Shown here: positions 18,513-27,431 of the stretch, piece after piece
Position numbering within the stretch: the first letter of the stretch is position 1
Layout: the number at the start of each line of letters is the position of its first letter
Sequence record: NZ_CP067021.1
Direction: 5' to 3' (one strand)
DNA length: 64,000 bases
From: a plasmid
Position numbers and translations under genes: made by a program
The notes under the pieces: generated by a model
Database searches by the model: none
The model's input: only the letters and a program-made list of their open reading frames with translations
What the model was told of the DNA's origin: nothing

Positions 18513-19518
18513 TGTTTTTCATTATCAGACTGATAACAGCTTTAGATTCCTAAGCGTGGTTTTTTTCATTATCAGACTGATAACAGCTTTAGATTCCTAA
18601 GCGTGGTTTTTTTCATTATCAGGCTGATAACAGCTTTAGATTCCTTAGCGTGGTTTTTTCATTATCAGACTGATAACGGCTTTCGATTCTTAATCGTTGA
18701 TTTTTTCATTATCAGACTGATAACAGCTTTAGATTCCTTAGCGTGGTTTTTTTCATTATCAGACTGATAACAGCTTTAGATTCCTTAGCGTGGTTTTTTT
18801 CATTATCAGGCTGATAACAGCTTTAGATTCCTTAGCGTGGTTTTTTTCATTATCAGGCTGATAACAGCTTTAGATTCCTTAGCGTGGTTTTTTTCATTAT
18901 CAGTCTGATAACAGCTTTCGATTCCTAATCGTTGATTTTTTCATTATCAGACTGGTATCAGCTTTAGATTCCTAAGCGTGGTTTTTTCATTATCAGGCTG
19001 ATAATGGCTTTCGATTCTTAATCGTTGATTTTTTCATTATCAGACTGATAACGGCTTTAGATTCTTAATCGTTGGTTTTTTCATTATCAGACTGATAATG
19101 GCTTTCGATTCCTAATCGTGGTTTTTTCATTATCAGACTGATAACGGCTTTAGATTCCTTAGCGTGGTTTTTTCATTATCAGACTGATAACGGCTTTCGA
19201 TTCTTAATCGTTGTTTTTCATTTTCAGACTGATAATGGCTTTCGATTCCTAAGCGTGGTTTTTTTCATTATCAGGCTGATAACAGCTTTAGATTCCTTAG
19301 CGTGGTTTTTTCATTATCAGGCTGATAACAGCTTTCGATTCTTAATCGTTGATCTTTTCATTATCAGACTGATAACGGCTTTAGATTCTTAATCGTTGGT
19401 TTTTTCATTATCAGACTGATAACGGCTTTAGATTCTTAATCGTTGGTTTTTTCATTATCAGGCTGATAATGGCTTTCGATTCCTAATCGTGGTTTTTTCA
19501 TTATCAGACTGATAACAG
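18513..19518. repeat. Array of 22 tandem direct repeats (period 45-47 bp) in two alternating subtypes, each containing the palindrome TTATCAGnCTGATAA. Candidate centromere (parS/parC) and/or replication iterons.
   Basis: CATTATCAG recurs at 18520, 18567, 18614, 18660, 18707, 18754, 18801, 18848, 18895, 18942, 18988, 19035, 19082, 19128, 19174, 19219, 19266, 19312, 19359, 19406, 19453 and 19499. Subtype A reads ...CTGATAACAGCTTTAGATTCCTWAGCGTGGTTTTTTT; subtype B reads ...CTGATAAYGGCTTTCGATTCYTAATCGTTGRTTTTTT. Confidence 0.9.
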
Positions 19519-19735
19519 GGGAGTTGCCAAGAAGAGGGGAGGGCTTACTACTACTTACAGTTAAACAAATGAGTAGACGTAGTGAAATGCACAACTGAAA
19601 ATGATCTATATTAGCTGAGTAGGGGAGTGCCCTATTCACTAAAAAGACTACCAACAATATTTATAGAGAAATTTATAATATAGGCGATTAATACACTTAA
19701 ATGTCTAGTAGGGGAGGGCTTCTTATTCATTCTTT
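19514..19735. promoter_or_regulatory. Noncoding segment with four GGGGAG(K)(K)GC-type motifs, next to the iterons and upstream of the trbA-like gene.
   Basis: GGGGAGTTGCC, GGGGAGGGCTT, GGGGAGTGCCC and GGGGAGGGCTT at roughly 19517, 19536, 19624 and 19711, in otherwise AT-rich DNA. Confidence 0.4.
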
Positions 19736-19925
19736 TTAGTATTTGACCAAGAATACTGGCTTAGTGTTGAGGTTGACCTGATTTAAGCTTTAAAAGGTAT
19801 TAAGTGCCACTTTAGTCAACATCTTAAAACCATACTTAAAATCCTTAAAAGGTTTAAGGGGAATTAGATTAAAACCAATATTAACTATATAATACTCAAC
19901 AATACACATATTAATAGGGTATAAA

Positions 19926-21455
19926 ATGGCAGATCCAAAAGATAAGCTTGTACATGAGAATCATATTTATATATTTACTGTTGTTATGGTTTTAGTGGCT
20001 TTTTTGGCTGTATGGTTTGCTTATAAACCTCAAATTGTAGGGTTTTTAGTATACACAAAAGGCATTTTAATTATTCCTCTATGGTGGATACATAGCCTAT
20101 TCAAAGCTATCGGGCTTAATTACGTACCTTTACTAAGTGAGTTGGTGTATTCAACAGAACACCTATGTAAACCAACAAACAATTGGCTTCCATTATTTTG
20201 TCAAAATAAGTTTAGCGAAGTCACTATTTTTCAAATTTCAAAAGCCAGTCAAGCATGGAATTTATTAATATTTTTGCTGGCAACACCTTGGATAAAGAAA
20301 GCTTATGACCGCTTCAACAGCGAGCATCCAGCACGGGGCTTTATCAAAAGCATGAACCTAGAAGAGTTCATAGAGGAACAAATTCCAAACCAAAGACACT
20401 TACAGGTTTTTGGTCCATTAGACTTGTCAAAATATGATACGAACAATGGTCATTTTAAAGCGCTTGATTCAACTTATGAGTTTGCAAATAGGCATGAGTT
20501 AATTACAGGAACAAAAGAGCGCCTTGTGAACATTACAATCAACGGAGTAACGAAAGAATATAATGATAAAAGCGAAACAGTACCTATCATAGATGAAGAG
20601 AAGTTTTTAAATGTCTTACGTGCACAACTAGGGGATCTTTGGATAACCCTTGATAGTTCAAAAGAAACAACACCCGATGAATTATCGTATTTATCCGATG
20701 TTGATACAATTTTGCTAGCTTTGTATTTACCAGTAGCATGTGCGACTGATGAATCTATGGATGATAAAGAGTTCCGTAAAATCAAAAAAGATTCAACAAC
20801 ATTAATTAATTACTATTGGGATATTTGCACAAAAAATATACCTAGCAACCCATTGTTTACAATTGAAAATCAGTATGTTGAGGGCGATCGTAAGCTTGTA
20901 GGGTTTAATTTTGACTTCCTTAGAAAAAGAATTCACAAATACATTAAACATCCCGTTGCTACTAAGATTTTTAATAACCATGCATATGTAAGAACTATTT
21001 TGTGTGAGGTTGTATTAACAGCAAGACAGCTAGGTGTAATGCCACCAACAGATATACGCTGGTTAAAACTATACAATCGAACTGCATACGCATTCATACA
21101 GAATATTGGTAGACCGTCTTTGTTTAGTGAGGGTTTAGGTCCAATCTCGCATTATCTAATTGAGGTGAAATTAGGGAAGCCATTAGAAGAGCCAGACTTT
21201 AACATTGGTCTTGTTGGTTTTGAATACGAATTATTGAGTTTTGCCATGACTGAAGCTAGACAAAAAGCTGCTGAAGATGTAAACAGTATTATTCGAGTAG
21301 TAGAGTTTACGGACAAGGAATTAAACAACGGATCTTATAACTCTAAAAACAATTATAAAGATGATTTTAAGTATAGTGATGATCATGTTTTTGATATGGT
21401 GAGTGTAGAAATACCACAGGATGAAATACAAAAAAACAAGCAAAAAGGGTTTTAG
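19926..21455 (+). CDS. Membrane-anchored protein of 509 aa (TrbA / DotM-IcmP-position). Assignment is tentative.
   Basis: N-terminal TM helices followed by a large cytoplasmic domain. It is the first gene of an operon that continues into a DsbC-like TrbB, as in R64 trbA-trbB. Confidence 0.35.
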   Translation: MADPKDKLVHENHIYIFTVVMVLVAFLAVWFAYKPQIVGFLVYTKGILIIPLWWIHSLFKAIGLNYVPLLSELVYSTEHLCKPTNNWLPLFCQNKFSEVTIFQISKASQAWNLLIFLLATPWIKKAYDRFNSEHPARGFIKSMNLEEFIEEQIPNQRHLQVFGPLDLSKYDTNNGHFKALDSTYEFANRHELITGTKERLVNITINGVTKEYNDKSETVPIIDEEKFLNVLRAQLGDLWITLDSSKETTPDELSYLSDVDTILLALYLPVACATDESMDDKEFRKIKKDSTTLINYYWDICTKNIPSNPLFTIENQYVEGDRKLVGFNFDFLRKRIHKYIKHPVATKIFNNHAYVRTILCEVVLTARQLGVMPPTDIRWLKLYNRTAYAFIQNIGRPSLFSEGLGPISHYLIEVKLGKPLEEPDFNIGLVGFEYELLSFAMTEARQKAAEDVNSIIRVVEFTDKELNNGSYNSKNNYKDDFKYSDDHVFDMVSVEIPQDEIQKNKQKGF

Positions 21456-21478
21456 TCTTATACTTATAAGTTATAATT

Positions 21479-21507
21479 GACCGGTATTAAAACACCGGTC
21501 TTTTTTA
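21479..21507 (+). terminator. Intrinsic terminator hairpin (GACCGGT...ACCGGTC plus a T-run).
   Basis: Perfect 7-bp stem followed by TTTTTTATTT. Confidence 0.55.
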
Positions 21508-21577
21508 TTTAACTATTTTTTTAAAACCATATTTTAACTATACTATTAAAACATGGCTTAAAAGGTAATACTCTAAA

Positions 21578-22483
21578 ATGCTTTTAAATAATTTCACTAA
21601 AATAGTAGCAAGTTGCGCTATTAGTATTATTACAATCTCTACTTACGCTGCACCATCTCAGGACCTTACTTCTAAGATGCAAAAAATGGGCAAAGTAAAA
21701 GAAGTTAAACCCTTTAGTGGAGGTTTAACTTCTTGGATTCTTGAGGCACCTAATGGGAAAAATGCGGTGTTTTTTACAACATCCGATGAAAAAGTCATCT
21801 TACATGGTACAGCTTGGGATTCTGCTACTAAAAAAAATATATCTGAGCCTCTTAAATTAACTGCAAAAAAAATGAATGCACCAGCACAACAACCAACAGC
21901 TTCCGTTGGGAATTTGGCCAGTGCATACAATCATCCAGTCTTTAAAGCTGTAAAAACGCTTTCAGGGTTTAAAGAGGGAAAAGCGAATGATAACAACACT
22001 GTTTACATCATTTACGATCCACGCTGTAAATATTGCCACGAAACATTCAACCTTTCTCGCTCATACGTTAAAAGCGGTGCAACTATTAAATGGATTCCAG
22101 CTTTAGTTCTAAACCAAAGTGAAAACGGAAAACAATTAGCTGCTGGAATTCTTCGTAAACCATCTGAAGATACTATTAATAAAACCTTTAATGGAACAGA
22201 TGAAGAAATTAACTCAATTAAAGTGATTCCTACACCACAGGAACTTGCTGAGTTGGATAAACACTTAGGCGCTCTTCAATCTATCTTCTTCTATCACGAA
22301 GATATTGTTGCAATGCCAAAAGAAGATCGTGAACAGCGAGAAGCAATTCGTAGCGCTGGACAAAAGCCACAGCCACTAACTGCTGGTGTACCAGTTGCTA
22401 TCTTTGTAAATAAAAAGACTGGAAAAGTTGAAGCTCGTAGAGGAACTTCAGAAACAGCCACTCTTGACTATATTTTCAAATAA
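21578..22483 (+). CDS. Periplasmic thiol:disulfide interchange protein (DsbC/TrbB-like), 301 aa.
   Basis: Signal peptide. The thioredoxin-fold active site CKYC sits in the context DPRCKYCH. Confidence 0.65.
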   Translation: MLLNNFTKIVASCAISIITISTYAAPSQDLTSKMQKMGKVKEVKPFSGGLTSWILEAPNGKNAVFFTTSDEKVILHGTAWDSATKKNISEPLKLTAKKMNAPAQQPTASVGNLASAYNHPVFKAVKTLSGFKEGKANDNNTVYIIYDPRCKYCHETFNLSRSYVKSGATIKWIPALVLNQSENGKQLAAGILRKPSEDTINKTFNGTDEEINSIKVIPTPQELAELDKHLGALQSIFFYHEDIVAMPKEDREQREAIRSAGQKPQPLTAGVPVAIFVNKKTGKVEARRGTSETATLDYIFK

Positions 22484-22495
22484 GAGGGAATTGAG

Positions 22496-23170
22496 ATGAA
22501 CAAAACTCAATTGAAAGCTTTCCAATCGATTGTCGGTAACTTTTCACCTTATTTCTCTAAGATAAACAATGAGTCTATGTTTTTAGATTCTGACCTTTCT
22601 GGAGATACGGATAGAAATCGCCAGGTGAGTATCTTCAATATAGATGCAAAGGCCACAGATCTACTATTAACGATCAAAGGATTTGATCAGGTCGAGAATA
22701 ATTTGTTTAGAGGACAAGTTTTCTTAAATTCTGACGAAAACACAGAAATTCTTATTAGTGAGCCATGCTATTACTTAAACAAAAGCAAGGTTCGTTTCAG
22801 TACAAATGAACTTCAAAGCTACATAAAGGAAGTTTGGCATCAAGCTCTAAATGAATATAAGGCTGATGTTACAGACAGCACTATACGTTCTAATGAAGAA
22901 AAATACAGCTTATCTTTAGCAGATAGATTCTCTAGTTTTAAAAAGTCTTGGCCAGCTATGGGCATTGTAGCTGCAGTAGTTGTTTTTGCTGGAGGCGGTT
23001 ACTTTTTAGGTTCAGGTACTAATGCGAAAAATGCATCTTCAGAAACAAGTTCGCAACAACTAAGCACATCTGATAACCCTGAACTTGACGGTAAAGCCTT
23101 GGCTCTTAAAAACATGGGGTTAGATCCTAACTCAATGGCTTTTGATAACTCATGCTTTAAAGAAAAATAA
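22496..23170 (+). CDS. Hypothetical protein of 224 aa with a C-terminal TM helix.
   Basis: ORF tightly spaced in the operon; TM helix WPAMGIVAAVVVFAGGGYFLG. Confidence 0.45.
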   Translation: MNKTQLKAFQSIVGNFSPYFSKINNESMFLDSDLSGDTDRNRQVSIFNIDAKATDLLLTIKGFDQVENNLFRGQVFLNSDENTEILISEPCYYLNKSKVRFSTNELQSYIKEVWHQALNEYKADVTDSTIRSNEEKYSLSLADRFSSFKKSWPAMGIVAAVVVFAGGGYFLGSGTNAKNASSETSSQQLSTSDNPELDGKALALKNMGLDPNSMAFDNSCFKEK

Positions 23171-23182
23171 GGTGAATTATCT

Positions 23183-23752
23183 ATGAGAGCTAGACGAATA
23201 GAAAACCTTGAAGCATTACAGCTAAAGGCCTCAGAAATAGCACAAATAACCGTTAAAGAGTTGGAAGCACGACACTATTTAGTTTGGTGGTTGAGCTCAT
23301 ATGACCGAAACATGAAACGTGGCTATAACAATGAAACCATTTGTTTAAGCACCTATCAGGTGAATGAGTTTTGTTTTTCATATGCAATCACAAGCGAAGT
23401 TGAAAAGTTTTATTTACTAATACAACCCGAAAATTGGTTTTTAAATGATTTAGCTTTCGAGTCTGCTTCTATAGATGAAAAAGGCTTAGTTTTAAATTTA
23501 GCTGAAGTAAATGATCAGTTATTCAAGCTGTATATATCGCGAATGCAAATCAGATTTAATCTTGATGAAATTCATGCTGAACGTTTAACACACGCAAAGA
23601 AATATGCAAAAGAACTGGTCTTTATTCAATACAACCCACAGAAAAATCAGGTCATGAATGTAGGTGTTTCTATCAATTTAGAAAACAACACAATCAATCG
23701 AAAATCATCAAATCAAACGGCAAAAAATAAGCGTTTGAAAGGGGCATTCTAA
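23183..23752 (+). CDS. Hypothetical protein of 189 aa.
   Basis: ORF in the operon; stop/start overlap with the next gene. Confidence 0.4.
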   Translation: MRARRIENLEALQLKASEIAQITVKELEARHYLVWWLSSYDRNMKRGYNNETICLSTYQVNEFCFSYAITSEVEKFYLLIQPENWFLNDLAFESASIDEKGLVLNLAEVNDQLFKLYISRMQIRFNLDEIHAERLTHAKKYAKELVFIQYNPQKNQVMNVGVSINLENNTINRKSSNQTAKNKRLKGAF

Positions 23753-24309
23753 TGAAGAAATCAAACTATTTTAAGGTAATTGGTGCAGTAGCAGTTTCAA
23801 CAGTTGTTTCACTTGCTTATGCTGGCTTTACTGAAATTAATAGTTCTGGAGACATTGTTTCTAAAGACAGTGCAAATGCTTTACGCACCAGTTTTTCAAC
23901 ACCAAATCAAAATATACCAGCGCCATTACGCACATATTCACTATGGGATAAGATCTCAGAGACAACCAAATATAATGGCACAGTAGAACCGAAGCCAACA
24001 CCTGTTGCAATTGCGAGTACATCTTCACAAGCACAAAATATTCAAAGCAAAAGCAATATTAATGTGGCTAACATAGAGAGCCAACAGGAAATCAAAAGAT
24101 TACAGGCAGCACTAAAAGAGAAAGAAACTGAGAATAACAAGCTCAAATATTCAAACCTTGACATGCAAGTGCAAGTAGTTGAACTAAAAAGCGATATAAA
24201 CGAACTGAAGCAACAAGTTAACTTTTTAGCAAGCCAGATGCAAATTGTTGAAAGCGATGTGCTTGTAATGAAAAACAAAAAACCAAGTTCTTTTCTAGCA
24301 CGAAATTAA
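23752..24309 (+). CDS. Secreted coiled-coil protein of 185 aa.
   Basis: Signal peptide (VAVSTVVSLAYAG) and a C-terminal heptad-rich segment. Confidence 0.45.
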   Translation: MKKSNYFKVIGAVAVSTVVSLAYAGFTEINSSGDIVSKDSANALRTSFSTPNQNIPAPLRTYSLWDKISETTKYNGTVEPKPTPVAIASTSSQAQNIQSKSNINVANIESQQEIKRLQAALKEKETENNKLKYSNLDMQVQVVELKSDINELKQQVNFLASQMQIVESDVLVMKNKKPSSFLARN

Positions 24310-24312
24310 GCA

Positions 24313-25869
24313 ATGGTTGTGAAGAAAATTACTCAAAAACCTACCAGTGAACAGCAACGAGCAATTGATAAAGCAACACGACTAAAAACCAGTTTTAAAT
24401 TGATTGCTTTTGCTGGTACTGGTAAGACTACGACATTGATCCACTGTAGTAGTGCTTTGCAACAACTAGGTAAGCTTGGACTATATCTATCATTTAATAA
24501 AAAGATGGCAGATGAAGCTAATCAAAAATTCGCTGAATATGGATTGAATTCAGTCACATGTTCTACATTCCATTCCCTAGCTTACAGAAATATACCCGGT
24601 TGGCTGAAAAATAAGATTAACAAGCCTACGTTACTTCCTAAAGATATTGTTCAAAAGTTTAAACTTGAAAACATTCGATTTCAGTACAACGGGAAAAACC
24701 GACAACTCACCGATCTAACATTAGCGCTGATTATCCTGAATACATTACGTTATTTTTGTATGACAGTGGATCAGACTGTTACCAATGATCATGCTTACAT
24801 AGCATTAAAAGAACAAACATCAATTAAGCGCAATGACGTTCTTGAAGATAAAATCACTTCAATTGCGAAAATGATCTGGAATGATGTAGTTGATCCAAAC
24901 GGTGATTATGGTATTACACACGATTACTATCTCAAGTGGTGGGTACTGCAAAAACCACAACTTGATTTTGATTACGTGATGGTAGATGAAAGCCAAGATA
25001 GTGACCAATTAATACTAGATGTACTCAAACGTCAAAAAGCAAAAGTTATTTTTGTTGGAGATCCATACCAAAGCATTTATGGCTTTAGGGGTGCGAAAGA
25101 TATTTTACAGAACCTAGATCTTGAAGCATTGTACTTAGAGCAGTCGTTTCGGTTTGGTAATGCAGTTGCAGATATAGCTAATCTACTTCTCAATAAACTT
25201 TTTGGTGAAACCCGACAGTTAAAAGGTTTACCAAGTAAAACGTCAAAAGTTACCACTTTCAGTACATCAAGTTATGCACCATCTTCATTGAACGCGATTA
25301 TTTGTAGAACAAATGCTACGGCTTTTGAATACTTTTTTAAGTTTCATAGCTACCTTAATGGCGAAAAGAAAATACGTCTTGAGGTTGATGGAAAGCGCAG
25401 TAAAGATATTTTCAGTGGTATTTTTCAACTGAGAGCAAATAAACGGCCAACGTGTAAAGAGCTTCAAAACTTTTCTTCCTACCAAGAGCTTGTGGACCAT
25501 ATACAAGTGTTTGGAGAAGTGGAGGGGGCAACTACAGAATTAAAAACCTTTCTGGATCTAACAAACCAATACTCATGGCAAGTGATTGAGTGGGCGTTAG
25601 AAAATAGTATGGCTGATGATGAAACTGACCCAAAAAATACTTTGGTCATTAGCACATCACACAAGAGTAAAGGTTTAGAGTGGGATAATGTCCTAATCGC
25701 AAAAGGGTTTAACTATAAAATTCTCGATAAAAAGCTAATGATTTCTGCAGATGAAAAACGGCTGTTGTATGTGACCGTAACACGAGCCAAAAACATATTA
25801 TTTACAGATGGCATTAATGATTTATTGGAACACTTAAATTCAAAAAATATGGAGATTTCAAATGCCTAA
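24313..25869 (+). CDS. Compact UvrD/PcrA-like SF1 DNA helicase, 518 aa.
   Basis: Motif I AFAGTGKTTT, motif II VMVDESQDSD, motif III VGDPYQSIYGFRGA, motif V TSHKSKGLEWD, motif VI YVTVTRAK. Confidence 0.75.
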   Translation: MVVKKITQKPTSEQQRAIDKATRLKTSFKLIAFAGTGKTTTLIHCSSALQQLGKLGLYLSFNKKMADEANQKFAEYGLNSVTCSTFHSLAYRNIPGWLKNKINKPTLLPKDIVQKFKLENIRFQYNGKNRQLTDLTLALIILNTLRYFCMTVDQTVTNDHAYIALKEQTSIKRNDVLEDKITSIAKMIWNDVVDPNGDYGITHDYYLKWWVLQKPQLDFDYVMVDESQDSDQLILDVLKRQKAKVIFVGDPYQSIYGFRGAKDILQNLDLEALYLEQSFRFGNAVADIANLLLNKLFGETRQLKGLPSKTSKVTTFSTSSYAPSSLNAIICRTNATAFEYFFKFHSYLNGEKKIRLEVDGKRSKDIFSGIFQLRANKRPTCKELQNFSSYQELVDHIQVFGEVEGATTELKTFLDLTNQYSWQVIEWALENSMADDETDPKNTLVISTSHKSKGLEWDNVLIAKGFNYKILDKKLMISADEKRLLYVTVTRAKNILFTDGINDLLEHLNSKNMEISNA

Positions 25870-26506
25870 TCAAGTTGAAGTTCTGCAAAATAGAGTGTTT
25901 CAGGCATGTCACAATGCTAGTTATATTCGCGGAGAGTTTCATCACGAACCGTATATCATGGAGCTAGTTAAGAAAAAGGGCTCACAGGTCGCAGATATAA
26001 TCACACCACTTCTTGAAATGTTTCATCTAATTGAAAAGGAAACAAAGTCAAACTTTAGTTTCACGGAAGATTTTAATTTCAAGCAACGCCATTTTGAACC
26101 AGGTGTTTATCTCAAAACTAAAGAGATATTAAATGGTGTAGAAACGTTCGATGGCCTGGCTATCGTTGATATTCCTTCAGGATCTTTTAGAAGCATTGTC
26201 ATAGATTCAGGCGGTGGAATTGCTTCAAGTAAACATACAATTGAGCAGTTTAAGGAATTAAAGGGGAGATATTTAATTCCATTTTATTTTGATGGAATAT
26301 ATGTGCACCCTCACTGTTATACATATTTTTTCATCGAAAATGATATTAAGAGGGTGATGCCCCTTGAGGCTTATGATTCAAGCAAAGTAGGAAATGAGCA
26401 AAACATGGGCTTGCATTGGGTAGAAGAAGCAATTGAATACGGTAATCTTCACTTTGGGTTTGAAGTTGAAACACCAGATACCGAAACAATTATAGAAAAA
26501 GTCTAA
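25862..26506 (+). CDS. Hypothetical protein of 214 aa, translationally coupled to the helicase by an 8-bp overlap.
   Basis: ORF overlaps the helicase stop. A terminator follows. Confidence 0.45.
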   Translation: MPNQVEVLQNRVFQACHNASYIRGEFHHEPYIMELVKKKGSQVADIITPLLEMFHLIEKETKSNFSFTEDFNFKQRHFEPGVYLKTKEILNGVETFDGLAIVDIPSGSFRSIVIDSGGGIASSKHTIEQFKELKGRYLIPFYFDGIYVHPHCYTYFFIENDIKRVMPLEAYDSSKVGNEQNMGLHWVEEAIEYGNLHFGFEVETPDTETIIEKV

Positions 26507-26514
26507 AACCAAAC

Positions 26515-26552
26515 GACAAAAAAGGGCATCTTATAGATGTCCTTTTTATGTT
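26515..26552. terminator. Bidirectional intrinsic terminator between convergent genes.
   Basis: GGGCATCT...AGATGTCC hairpin with one G-U wobble, flanked by an A-run and a T-run. Confidence 0.6.
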
Positions 26553-26558
26553 TTGAAA

Positions 26559-26984
26559 TTAATAAGAAAGGTCGATTGCCACTTGTGCTAAAGATGTAAA
26601 AGCAGAGGATTCACACATATAAGATTGACGAATAAAAAACGATGGATTGTATGAACTCACCATAGTTTGACTATCACAGTTTTGGCTAAATTTAATATGT
26701 TGTATATTGATTGCTTGCCAAGCTGCAGCATTCTTTTGACTTTCCGCACGAACGTCTTTGATGAAACGTGTTAATGATTGGTTGTACGGTGTATTGCACT
26801 TAAGTTCTGGTGAACCGTACTCAGAATCACGCGCTTCATTATAATTAAATACGCATTTTTGATACTCGGCTTGTACCTTGTTATAAGCTTGAATAGCTTC
26901 AGCTTTGGTCTTATAACCAGCGTTGGCAGATGACGTAATAATGGTAGCAGCACATATCAAAGCTAAACTTAAAAACTTTTTCAT
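26559..26984 (-). CDS. Small secreted Cys-containing protein (about 141 aa from the likely start MKKFLSL). Possibly a lysozyme/hydrolase-inhibitor-like or immunity protein.
   Basis: Signal peptide and several conserved-looking Cys. It is an architectural paralog of the neighbouring gene and lies downstream of the PG hydrolase. Confidence 0.45.
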   Translation of the reverse strand: MKKFLSLALICAATIITSSANAGYKTKAEAIQAYNKVQAEYQKCVFNYNEARDSEYGSPELKCNTPYNQSLTRFIKDVRAESQKNAAAWQAINIQHIKFSQNCDSQTMVSSYNPSFFIRQSYMCESSAFTSLAQVAIDLSY

Positions 26985-26998
26985 AATCTGATCCTTTA

Positions 26999-27409
26999 TT
27001 ACTTCATTAATGCCGGAATAAACATTGCCCAACCTAATTTGTTGGTCGCTTTACATTGCATGCTTAGTGTTTTGTACTTTGCAGTCTGGCCAGCGTATAA
27101 CTGATCGCAGTTAGCAATTAACTGAGTAAAGTTTCGATTGTGATCAGCTAGAACACGCGGAGCTTCTTCATTATTAATATATTTAGAAGCAAGGCTACCA
27201 AGCTGACTTGCGCGGTTATAAACATTTGTATAGCAATTTAGGTGTTTTGCATCAAATGGATCGTTAGAAACCGCAGCACATTTAACGTTTACTAAGCGCA
27301 GTTTTTCAAGTTCAGCACGAATAGAGTCTGAGCTAGTATTAGCACTAGCATTAAAAGATGCACATGCTAAAAGGCTAAAACCCAATAAAGACAAAAATCT
27401 GTTTTTCAT
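26999..27409 (-). CDS. Small secreted Cys-containing protein (about 136 aa from the likely start MKNRFLSLL), paralog-like with the downstream gene.
   Basis: Signal peptide (LLACASFNASA). Cys spacing is similar to the neighbour. The longer 160-aa ORF would overlap the hydrolase gene by 50 bp. Confidence 0.45.
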   Translation of the reverse strand: MKNRFLSLLGFSLLACASFNASANTSSDSIRAELEKLRLVNVKCAAVSNDPFDAKHLNCYTNVYNRASQLGSLASKYINNEEAPRVLADHNRNFTQLIANCDQLYAGQTAKYKTLSMQCKATNKLGWAMFIPALMK

Positions 27410-27431
27410 AATATTTCCTTTAATTGCTCTA

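Noticed and set aside
18513-19518. Possible CRISPR array suggested by the regular about 47-bp periodicity
   Set aside because: There are no unique spacers. The whole unit repeats in two near-identical subtypes. No cas genes are nearby. The location upstream of parA fits centromere or iteron repeats instead.
19436-19657. 73-aa minus-strand ORF spanning the last iteron and the GGGGAG-motif region
   Set aside because: It runs through repeat DNA and has no coding signal. Probably spurious.
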